Origin: Bacteroidales bacterium
GTDB taxonomy: Bacteria; Bacteroidota; Bacteroidia; Bacteroidales; UBA10428
NCBI GenBank assembly: GCA_016936215.1
Contig: JAFGPL010000244.1
Coordinates: forward strand, 983-64,982
DNA: 64,000 nt
Direction: 5' to 3'
Shown here piece after piece: positions 38,839 to 47,008 of the stretch. Under the pieces are notes generated by a model, which was not told where the DNA came from, made no database searches, and saw only the letters and a program-made list of their open reading frames with translations. Positions within the stretch are counted from its first letter, which is position 1, and every line of letters starts with the position of its first letter. Made by a program: the position numbers and the translations under genes.

Positions 38839-39960
38839 TCATGCTGCTTTCCGGTAACGCCAGATGGCCATGCCAAGGGTAATGGCTGCAAATATGGTGA
38901 TACTTATGAGATCGCCCGCAATGTCTTTAAAACCTGAACCTTTTAAAAGGATCATCCTGATAACCCGCATGAAATAAGCAAAAGGATTTAACAGGTTTGC
39001 TTTTTGACCCCATGCAGGCATGCTTTCTGCCGGGGTGAAAATTCCACTCATGAGGATAAAGGTAATAAGGAAGAAGAACGAGAGAAACATTACCTGTTGC
39101 TGCGACTGTGCCATGGTTGACAGTAATAATCCCAATCCCAGCACGACCAGCAGGTAAACGGATGCAAACAGAAAAAGCAGGCCCAGGCTGCCGACAACTG
39201 GCATGCCGAACAATATCCTCCCTAGAAACAAACCGAACGCCAGCTCGAAGAGGGCAATGATCCAGAAAGGGATCAGCTTACCGATGATAAAATGGTATTT
39301 CCTTATAGGGGTAACATTGATCTGCTCTATGGTACCGGTCTCTTTTTCCCTTACGATATTCAGCGCGGTGAGAAAAGCCCCGATCATCGAAACAAGGATG
39401 ACAAGGATACCCGGTACCATGTAATATTTAAAGTTAAGCTGCGGGTTATACCAATAAGATGATTCAATGTCAATGGTTTTTGGCATTATGCTTATGAATG
39501 CATTTCCACCCCTGGCTTTTACCATGTCGCTGTTATAATCCGATATAACCGATTGTGCATAGGCATTGGTGAGGCTGGCTGTCATGCCGTTTACGGCATC
39601 AACCAGCAATTGAACGGATGCTTTGCTTTCTTTTCCGAGTTTCTCTTCAAAACCGGGCATAATATGCAGCACAAAACCTGTACGGCCTTCAAGCAGGTCT
39701 TTTTCAGCCTCTTTTATCGAAAAAGTAGTCCTGGTAATGCTGAAAAACGGCGATGCCCTGAACCTGTCAACCAGCTTTCTTGAAGACGAAGACATATCGT
39801 TGTCTACCACTTCCATATTGATACGTTTCATCTCAAGCGTGGCCGCGTTTACCAGGATGATTAACTGGATAAAAGGTACTAGAACGATAATCGGGAGCAT
39901 GGTCTTGTTCCTGAAAATCTGTAAAAACTCTTTTTGTAATATAAATAAGATGGTCTGCAT
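38839..39960 (-). CDS. ABC-2 type transporter permease (YbhR/YbhS-like)
   Basis: N-terminal TM, large extracytoplasmic loop, C-terminal 5-TM block with the EKE.GT.E motif (REKETGTIEQI). Confidence 0.88.
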   Translation of the reverse strand: MQTILFILQKEFLQIFRNKTMLPIIVLVPFIQLIILVNAATLEMKRINMEVVDNDMSSSSRKLVDRFRASPFFSITRTTFSIKEAEKDLLEGRTGFVLHIMPGFEEKLGKESKASVQLLVDAVNGMTASLTNAYAQSVISDYNSDMVKARGGNAFISIMPKTIDIESSYWYNPQLNFKYYMVPGILVILVSMIGAFLTALNIVREKETGTIEQINVTPIRKYHFIIGKLIPFWIIALFELAFGLFLGRILFGMPVVGSLGLLFLFASVYLLVVLGLGLLLSTMAQSQQQVMFLSFFFLITFILMSGIFTPAESMPAWGQKANLLNPFAYFMRVIRMILLKGSGFKDIAGDLISITIFAAITLGMAIWRYRKAA

Positions 39961-39962
39961 GG

Positions 39963-41069
39963 TTATTCAAGCCTGGTTTTAAATTTCACTGCACTTAGGA
40001 TTATAAAAAACAGTGTCATTCCAATCAAAACTGTTGTCTGCTGCCATATATTGAAAAAACCGGTACCCTTGAGCATAATACTTCTCAGGATTTCAATAAA
40101 ATACCTCGGGGGCACAATAAAAGTGACCCATTGTAATATTTTTGGCATGTTTTCTATCGGGAAGATGAACCCCGACAGCAGTATTGTCGGAAGCATGAGC
40201 ACGAAAACCGAAAGAAACATAGCCACTTGCTGGTTGCTTGCCATGGTGGAAATAAGAATACCCAGTGACAGCGCCAGTGAGATAAATAAGACAGTTTCGG
40301 CAAGCAGAAGCACAAGGCTGCCTTTAACAGGAAGTCCGAAAACAAAATAACCGAGTGCTATGATTACAACAGCATTGATACACGAAAGCAATATATAGGG
40401 TGTAACTTTGCCCACGATGATATGTATAGGGCGCAGCGGCGATACAAGCAGCACTTCCATGGTGCCCGTTTCTTTTTCCCGTGCTATAGAGATTGAGGTC
40501 ATCATAGCCGAGACAAGCATCAGGATAAGGGCCATGGTACCGGGGACAAACATAAAAGCGCTCTTTAAACCGGGATTGTACATCATACGTACTTCGGCAT
40601 TGATTTTCAGGGGTTGGGCTGCTTCTTTGCTGGCCTTTTTCAGGTAATCAAATATAATCCCGCGTGTATAATTTACAACAAGGCTTGCCGAGTTAGGATC
40701 GGATGCATCGGCCAAGACCTGGACAGAGGCCTTGCCCTCGCGTTCAAGTTTCCTTGCAAACTGGCTTTCGAATATTACAACCTCCCTGATTTTCCCTTCC
40801 CTGAAAATTTCTTCAATATCGTTGTTTTCGGTTAGGTTTTCGCTTAACACGAAAAAGCCGGAAGAGAGTATTTTATTGGTTATCTCACGGGTTACATCGT
40901 CTTTTGAATAATCGAGGATGGCGATTTTCACATCCTGTATCTCGTTACGTATCACGAATCCGAAAATCAGTATCTGCACTACCGGCAAACCAAAGAGAAT
41001 GATCAGCGTGCGCGGGTCCCTGAGGATGTGTATGAACTCTTTTTTTATAAATCCTGCGAGATTATTCAT
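39963..41069 (-). CDS. ABC-2 type transporter permease (YbhS/YbhR-like)
   Basis: ATG at 41069 (MNNLAGFIKKEF), 1 nt from the upstream ATPase stop; the listed start at 41087 is TTG. REKETGTMEVL motif. Paralog of the adjacent permease. Confidence 0.88.
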   Translation of the reverse strand: MNNLAGFIKKEFIHILRDPRTLIILFGLPVVQILIFGFVIRNEIQDVKIAILDYSKDDVTREITNKILSSGFFVLSENLTENNDIEEIFREGKIREVVIFESQFARKLEREGKASVQVLADASDPNSASLVVNYTRGIIFDYLKKASKEAAQPLKINAEVRMMYNPGLKSAFMFVPGTMALILMLVSAMMTSISIAREKETGTMEVLLVSPLRPIHIIVGKVTPYILLSCINAVVIIALGYFVFGLPVKGSLVLLLAETVLFISLALSLGILISTMASNQQVAMFLSVFVLMLPTILLSGFIFPIENMPKILQWVTFIVPPRYFIEILRSIMLKGTGFFNIWQQTTVLIGMTLFFIILSAVKFKTRLE

Positions 41070-41070
41070 G

Positions 41071-41805
41071 TCAGTTGTTTCTTGCAATTTTTACAAATAC
41101 CTCGTTGATATCATTGGCATGGTATTGCTTCTTCAGGTTTTCGGGAGTATCAAGTGCCGAAATTTTCCCTTCCGACATGATGGATACCCGGTGGCAATAC
41201 TCTGCTTCGTCCATATAATGTGTAGTTACAAAAACAGTAATGCCATGTCCGGTTGCCTCGTATATCAGCTCCCAGAACTGTCTGCGGGCAATGGGGTCAA
41301 CACCGCCAGTGGGTTCATCGAGAAATACCAGTTCGGGGTCGTGAAAAACAGCTACCGAAAACGCGAGTTTCTGTTTCCATCCCAAAGGTATTTCCCTTAC
41401 AAGCGTATTGGCAATATTGCAGATATTCAGCCTTTCCAGGAGGGTCTTGGTCTTAATGTTGATTTCTCTCCGCGGCAAACCGTAGATACCTGCATAATAC
41501 CTGATGTTTTCCTTTACCGTGAGGTCTTCGTATAGCGAGAATTTCTGACTCATGTAGCCGATCCTTGTTTTTATCTGCTCACGGCCTGTATAAACATCAT
41601 ATCCGGCAACTTTAATCTCCCCCGATGTAGGCAAAGAAAGCCCGCATAAAATCTTTATGGCAGTTGTTTTGCCTGCGCCGTTGGCACCCAGGAAACCAAA
41701 AATCTCACCCCTGTATACATCAAAGGTTAGATGGTCGTTGGCAACAAACTGCCCGAATTTTTTTACCATGTCCTTTACTTCTATGATTTTCCCGGCGCTG
41801 TTCAT
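41071..41805 (-). CDS. ABC transporter ATP-binding protein
   Basis: Walker A GANGAGKTT, Walker B LVFLDEPTGGVD, H-loop TTHYMDEA. Confidence 0.9.
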   Translation of the reverse strand: MNSAGKIIEVKDMVKKFGQFVANDHLTFDVYRGEIFGFLGANGAGKTTAIKILCGLSLPTSGEIKVAGYDVYTGREQIKTRIGYMSQKFSLYEDLTVKENIRYYAGIYGLPRREINIKTKTLLERLNICNIANTLVREIPLGWKQKLAFSVAVFHDPELVFLDEPTGGVDPIARRQFWELIYEATGHGITVFVTTHYMDEAEYCHRVSIMSEGKISALDTPENLKKQYHANDINEVFVKIARNN

Positions 41806-41817
41806 TCTTGATGTTTT

Positions 41818-42729
41818 TTAATGATTACCTGAACTTGTCATAGATGAGATAAAACAGTCTTCAACAGACGGCATTATGGGTTCAACCTTCACATCGCCAT
41901 GTCCCGATTTGGCGAGGTGCATTTTAAGGTGGTTGATATCGGGCTTAGTGTTAAAGCTCAGATGTATGGCCTGTCCGAAAAGATATGCGGAAACACCCGG
42001 CTGATAATTCCTGAGGTCGTTAATAAGACGGAACTGATTTTCTCCTGAAACAGCAAAGAGGTGTTCTTTAAAACTGCCTGTTATCTTTCCCGGTTTATCG
42101 GTTTCAAGCAGTCTTCCTTTGTGGACCAGGGCTATCGTATCGCACTTTGCGGCTTCATCCATGTAAGGGGTTGAGACAACAATGGTCATCCCCTTTTGTT
42201 TAAGTTCGTGAAGCAGTTCCCAGAACTCTTTGCGTGAAACGGCATCCACGCCGGTAGTCGGCTCATCGAGCACAAGTATCTCAGGATTGTGGATAAGCGC
42301 GCACGACAGGGCAAGTTTTTGCTTCATACCCCCTGAAAGCTTACCGGCAAGTCTTTTTCTGAAAGGTTCAATGTGTGAATATACCGATTTAATAAGATGA
42401 TAATTTTTTTCAAGGGTGGTACCGAAAATGGTTGCATAAAAATTAAGGTTCTCTTCTACAGTGAGGTCCATGTAAAGAGAAAACCTTCCCGGCATATACC
42501 CTGTAAACATTCTGATTCTGCGATACTCTTTAACAGTATCGAAACCGTTTACCAGAATGGCCCCGCTATCAGGTACCATCAAAGTGGTTATAAGTCTGAA
42601 AAGGGTTGTTTTACCTGCGCCATCAGGGCCTATGAAACCGAAAATCTGTTTTGCAGGTATTTCAAGGGTAATATTGCTTAGTGCAGCAATCTGGCCGAAT
42701 GTTTTTGATATGTTGCTGATGCTGATCAC
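41818..42729 (-). CDS. ABC transporter ATP-binding protein
   Basis: Walker A GPDGAGKTT, signature LSGGMKQK, Walker B ILVLDEPTTGVD. GTG start. Confidence 0.9.
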   Translation of the reverse strand: MISISNISKTFGQIAALSNITLEIPAKQIFGFIGPDGAGKTTLFRLITTLMVPDSGAILVNGFDTVKEYRRIRMFTGYMPGRFSLYMDLTVEENLNFYATIFGTTLEKNYHLIKSVYSHIEPFRKRLAGKLSGGMKQKLALSCALIHNPEILVLDEPTTGVDAVSRKEFWELLHELKQKGMTIVVSTPYMDEAAKCDTIALVHKGRLLETDKPGKITGSFKEHLFAVSGENQFRLINDLRNYQPGVSAYLFGQAIHLSFNTKPDINHLKMHLAKSGHGDVKVEPIMPSVEDCFISSMTSSGNH

Positions 42730-42739
42730 GTTTTTCAGT

Positions 42740-43429
42740 TTAGCTGTTTTGAAGGTAGTCGAGCAGGTTGTACATAATCCGGTTGTTTTCAGCGGTAAAG
42801 TGCATCCCTGCCATTATTTCTTCAGCCGTCTGCACGTACTTTGATTTTTGAAGATGTGTGCCTGCGTGGCTGAGCATTGTTTTTACAGATATTTCATCCA
42901 TCTCGTAGTGAAACTGCAGCGCCAGTACTTTTTCTTTATAGATAAAAGCCTGGTTTATTGTGGCTTCTGACGAGGCAAGGTGTATGGCGCCTTCGGGAAG
43001 GTCGAATGTATCGCCATGCCAGTGAAAAACGGTAAGCGATTGCGGTAAATGTTTAAGTTCGCGGGGAAGGTTTTTGGTGTTCAGTGAAACAGGAAACCAT
43101 CCAATCTCAGGGTACGTGCCCGGATAAACCTTTGCCCCGAGGGCATCGGCTACAAGTTGGGCGCCAAGGCATATACCCAGTACAATTTTTCCTGAGTCTA
43201 TTGACCGGCGGATGAATTGCTTCTCGGTTTTAAGCCAGGGGTGCTTATCTTCTTCATACGTGCTCATCCCGCCACCCATAATGATGAGCCAGTCAATATC
43301 ATCTGCAGGCGGATAGGGTTCCGACAGATAGCTTCTTGTTAATGTAACCTCGTGGTTATGCTGCATTATCCACTGATGAATACAACCCAACCCTTCAAAG
43401 GTTTCGTGCATGATGTAATGAATTCTCAT
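42740..43429 (-). CDS. Class I glutamine amidotransferase-like protein
   Basis: Nucleophile elbow LGICLGAQL, HWHGD, and His/Glu in LQFHYE. Its ATG overlaps the HlyD stop as ATGA. Confidence 0.8.
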   Translation of the reverse strand: MRIHYIMHETFEGLGCIHQWIMQHNHEVTLTRSYLSEPYPPADDIDWLIIMGGGMSTYEEDKHPWLKTEKQFIRRSIDSGKIVLGICLGAQLVADALGAKVYPGTYPEIGWFPVSLNTKNLPRELKHLPQSLTVFHWHGDTFDLPEGAIHLASSEATINQAFIYKEKVLALQFHYEMDEISVKTMLSHAGTHLQKSKYVQTAEEIMAGMHFTAENNRIMYNLLDYLQNS

Positions 43430-44334
43430 AGTGCTGAAGGTTTTGAAAATACAACTTCCCCGGGCATGCCAATCTTGATAGAGCCATCGTTTTTTACCTT
43501 AATCCTTATCCCGTAAACCATGTTGACCCTCTCCTCGCGTGTCTGGATAATTTTCGGGGTAAATTCCGTTTCTGAAGAAATCCACGAAACTGTTCCCTGG
43601 TATTCCCCTGGTTCATTCTTAGCTTTGTCAATCATTACTTTAACATTATCACCGATTTTTATCCCGGCAAGCTGGCTGCCGCTTACATATACTTTTAGTT
43701 CCATTTCATCAAGATTGGCGATCTTGTAGAGCGCTTTACCTGCCGTAACCAGTTCGCCTTTGTTAACATAGGTTTCAAGCACTCTTCCTTTTACGGGATT
43801 GATGATTTTGCACTTCTGCAACTGGTTTTCCAGCAATCTCATCTGGCTTACGAGTACCTCGTTTTCTGCGTTAACAGCCTGGTATTGTGTTTCAACAGAC
43901 TTAAGCTGTGCTTTGGTTACGTTTAGTTTTCCAAGCAGGTCTTCATATTGCTGTTCGGTTGCAGCCTGCTGTTTGTAAAGGTTTTCAATACGCCTGGTTT
44001 CGCGCTCCAGGTTTTTCAACTGTTCTCTTTGAACTTCTTCCTGTGCCTGAATATTAATTTTCTTTGCCGCAAGTGTTTTCATTTGTGCGCAGAGCTGATC
44101 AAGCTGCAGGGATACCGGAACGGTGTCTGTTATACCTGCAAACATTCCTTCAGCTATTTCATCACCGTCTTCCACATAGAAATTTATCAGTTCACCTGTA
44201 CTTTGTGAAGAAACGATTATCTCTTCCGATTCAAAGTTGCCGTATGCATCGGCAATGTCATTGCCGTTACCGCAGGCCATTATGCCAAGCAACAGTAAAA
44301 GCTGGGCGCTGTAATAACAAAATCTGTTTATCAT
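43426..44334 (-). CDS. HlyD-family membrane fusion (periplasmic adaptor) lipoprotein
   Basis: Lipobox LLGIMAC. Coiled-coil hairpin region. C-terminal beta-barrel motif (GMPGEV). Its ATG overlaps the TolC stop as ATGA. Confidence 0.88.
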   Translation of the reverse strand: MINRFCYYSAQLLLLLGIMACGNGNDIADAYGNFESEEIIVSSQSTGELINFYVEDGDEIAEGMFAGITDTVPVSLQLDQLCAQMKTLAAKKINIQAQEEVQREQLKNLERETRRIENLYKQQAATEQQYEDLLGKLNVTKAQLKSVETQYQAVNAENEVLVSQMRLLENQLQKCKIINPVKGRVLETYVNKGELVTAGKALYKIANLDEMELKVYVSGSQLAGIKIGDNVKVMIDKAKNEPGEYQGTVSWISSETEFTPKIIQTREERVNMVYGIRIKVKNDGSIKIGMPGEVVFSKPSAL

Positions 44335-45578
44335 AATTTTATATCTCCCTTGATTAACTGATAGTTAATAATTGACTGAGCCAGTAAAATAATGTTTGTT
44401 TCGTGCCGGATACGTGCCATAAGTTCAGCATTCGATTCGGCAATATAGTCTGTGGCAGTAATGGCGCCGTTTTGAAATTTAGCCGAGGCGCTTTCCTTAA
44501 TTTTACCCTGCAGTTCGATCAGTTGCCTGTCTTTGCCGATCGCTGAAGTGTAATGATTGATTTTTGCCAGTTCATTTTGTAAGGCAATATTAATTTTCCT
44601 GTCGAAATTGTTCTTGTTGAGTTCAATTGATTGTAGCTGCAGATTCCCCGATTTGATCTTGTTATGGTTTTCGCCCCAGTCTATGAGGTTCCACTTCAAG
44701 GCAAGTCCTGCTATGTAATAGTAGTCAAATTCATCATTCAGCATATTCAGCCCGGGTTTGCCGTAACCCGACTGTGCAAAGGCATAAAGTTTCGGTCGGT
44801 TGACAGTTTTAAGCAACCCGATGTTGTTTTCAGCCAATGTTTTCTGAATATCGAAAGCTGCTGTTTCCGGTCTTTCAGAAACGCTGTCGCTCAATTGAAT
44901 GCCATTTGGTATCTTAAATACACTTTCAGGCGAAGTTGCAAGCCCTGTAAGCTTGTTGAGTGTTTCAACGGCCGCAGTAACATTATAATTAAGTTCTTCT
45001 TCCCTGCTTTCAATTTTCAGGATTTCAGCCATCAATACATATTCATTTTCGGGCAATAAAGCTCCATTTTCCACAGCCGCACGAACAGTTTTGAGCTTTT
45101 CGCCCAGTTCAGACCTGGTGATACGCAGCATTTCAGCGTTCTTCTTTAGAATGGCAATTGAAAAATACACTGAATTTACCTGCTGCCTGATATTGTGAAA
45201 CTCAATCTCAAGCTGTTGCTGGTTAATTTCAAGCTTTGACAGTTCAACTGCTTTACTTTTTGTTGTTGTGCCTCCATCGTATAACTGCTGGTTTGCTTCC
45301 ATGTATAATTTATACTGGTCGTGTGGGGCAGTGAAGGTGCCGAAGCCTACCACATCAGACTGGTATGTTGCCTGTCCGCTCACTGATATATCAGGGAACC
45401 ATGATTTGGTAGTGTTGGCAACCTCATACCCTGATATTTCTTTATTTAGCTCTTTTTGCCGGTAAAGAGGATGATTGGTTTCAGCGCCCCTGAAACATTG
45501 CCAGATATTCACGGAATCCTGGCAAAAAGTAAAAGAGCAGCAAAATAATGTAATTTTTATCATCAATATTTTTTTCAT
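44331..45578 (-). CDS. TolC-family outer membrane efflux protein
   Basis: Signal peptide, two repeat halves of alpha-helical/beta-barrel pattern, 415 aa. Positioned between TetR and HlyD. Confidence 0.85.
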   Translation of the reverse strand: MKKILMIKITLFCCSFTFCQDSVNIWQCFRGAETNHPLYRQKELNKEISGYEVANTTKSWFPDISVSGQATYQSDVVGFGTFTAPHDQYKLYMEANQQLYDGGTTTKSKAVELSKLEINQQQLEIEFHNIRQQVNSVYFSIAILKKNAEMLRITRSELGEKLKTVRAAVENGALLPENEYVLMAEILKIESREEELNYNVTAAVETLNKLTGLATSPESVFKIPNGIQLSDSVSERPETAAFDIQKTLAENNIGLLKTVNRPKLYAFAQSGYGKPGLNMLNDEFDYYYIAGLALKWNLIDWGENHNKIKSGNLQLQSIELNKNNFDRKINIALQNELAKINHYTSAIGKDRQLIELQGKIKESASAKFQNGAITATDYIAESNAELMARIRHETNIILLAQSIINYQLIKGDIKL

Positions 45579-45581
45579 CGT

Positions 45582-46190
45582 TCAGATTTTGATTGCATTG
45601 ATAATGAAACTGGTCACTTCAGTTTTTCTGCTTTGGATAAAAGTGGTATAAGCATGTTTGTCGTTATCAAACAATAACCGCTGAATTAAAGGTCTGGCTG
45701 CGAAAGGAAAAACACACAATGAAATTATATTTACAATCAGGTTGAGTGCTGAAACAGGCCTGATGGTGCCTTTTTCCACCTCTTTTTCTATTTTTTCAAT
45801 CAATATTTTTGGTTGTATGCCTGCAGACTTTATAATGTCAGCTAAGCGGTCGGGATGACGGTTTATTTCATGCAGTACAAAAATAGGGATAAAGGGATTC
45901 TTGCTTATAAGTGTAATATACTGTTCTATAATTGCTTCAAGTATTTCAAAAAAGTTCTTATCAGAATTAAAAATGCCTTCAATATGAGGTATAAACCTTG
46001 TAATAGCAAACTGAAACACGGCATTAAACAGTTTCTCTTTAGTTCGGTAATAATAGTGCAAAAGGGCTTTATTTATTTTGGCTTCATTCGCGATCTCCTG
46101 CATCCTTGTCCCTTCAAGGCCTTTTTCTATAAAGACCTTTTTTGCCGCTTCGAGAATTTTACCTTCAGTATCTGACGAATAATTTGTCAT
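45582..46190 (-). CDS. TetR/AcrR family transcriptional regulator
   Basis: ATG at 46190 (MTNYSSD...); the listed start is TTG. HTH segment GLEGTRMQEIANEAKINKALLHYYYRTKEKLF. Confidence 0.88.
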   Translation of the reverse strand: MTNYSSDTEGKILEAAKKVFIEKGLEGTRMQEIANEAKINKALLHYYYRTKEKLFNAVFQFAITRFIPHIEGIFNSDKNFFEILEAIIEQYITLISKNPFIPIFVLHEINRHPDRLADIIKSAGIQPKILIEKIEKEVEKGTIRPVSALNLIVNIISLCVFPFAARPLIQRLLFDNDKHAYTTFIQSRKTEVTSFIINAIKI

Positions 46191-46413
46191 TAGTTCAAAT
46201 TTAATCAAATGGTATAACCATTTAGTTTAACCAAACGGTTAAAATTAAATATTATTTTATAACCGGCAAAAAAAAAGATAAAAAAATTTTTAAAATTTTT
46301 ACTTCTGGATGGTTAAATTATGCTTATCTGAATGAAAATTAAGAGATAAGATATGTTTCGGGTCAATTATCAATAACAGGATATTTGTTCTTTTCTCTTT
46401 TGTGTTTTCTATA

Positions 46414-46446
46414 AAACAAAAAAAGCAGGAGCTTACCCCTGCTTTT
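46414..46446 (-). terminator. Intrinsic terminator of the small lipoprotein gene
   Basis: On the minus strand: AAGCAGG-ggtaagct-CCTGCTT followed by a T-run, 20 nt after the stop at 46467. Confidence 0.65.
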
Positions 46447-46466
46447 CATGTCTCTTTTTTTTTCGC

Positions 46467-46658
46467 TTATTCAGCTACTTCTTCAACTGCTTCTTCAACA
46501 ACTGCAGCAGCAGTGTCAGCAACAGCTTCAGTTTCTTCAACTACTTCTTCAACAGCTTCTTCAACGGCTTCTTCAGCTTTAGGGGCTTGTTTGCAAGAGT
46601 TTAGTGATACAAAACTAAAAAGAGCAACTGATACAAGCAACAAACTTAACTTTTTCAT
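46467..46658 (-). CDS. Small (63 aa) highly acidic lipoprotein with EEAVEE repeats
   Basis: ATG start, signal peptide plus lipobox SLNSC. The mature part is almost only E/A/V/T. Followed by an intrinsic terminator. Confidence 0.7.
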   Translation of the reverse strand: MKKLSLLLVSVALFSFVSLNSCKQAPKAEEAVEEAVEEVVEETEAVADTAAAVVEEAVEEVAE

Positions 46659-47008
46659 GTTCCTAATTTTTTAATGATTTATTTAATACTATACAGGATT
46701 TGATCACAAAAATATAAAACTAATTTTTTAATACAAATTTTTTTGGGTTCATTTTACAAACATGATATTTACATACTTAGGATTTTCAGAAGCAAAATTC
46801 GCGGATGCAGCCAGGTAAAAAATGTCCTGACCCTTTTGGTATATTTCATTGAAACGCTTAATTGCAAAGGATTACAGGCAAAGGGCATGACTTGTTTTTT
46901 TAGGGAAAAGCACATACCGAAACATGATTTTTTTACTTAGTTTTGTACCTTAAAAAAAAATAATTTGTTGATAAATTCTGATTAAACCTGTCTTTAATTC
47001 TAAAAATA

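Noticed and set aside
46402-46674. 90-aa plus-strand ORF rich in S/T/A (SSTASSTTAAAVSATASVSSTT...)
   Set aside because: It is the antisense translation of the EEAVEE repeat lipoprotein gene. The minus-strand ORF has a proper ATG, a lipobox and a downstream terminator, while this one has none of these.
46659-47008. Possible cobalamin or other riboswitch in the 350-nt leader of the TonB-dependent receptor
   Set aside because: No B12-box-like GCCACTG/AGYCMGG element or other conserved riboswitch core is recognisable. The region is AT-rich and low-complexity.
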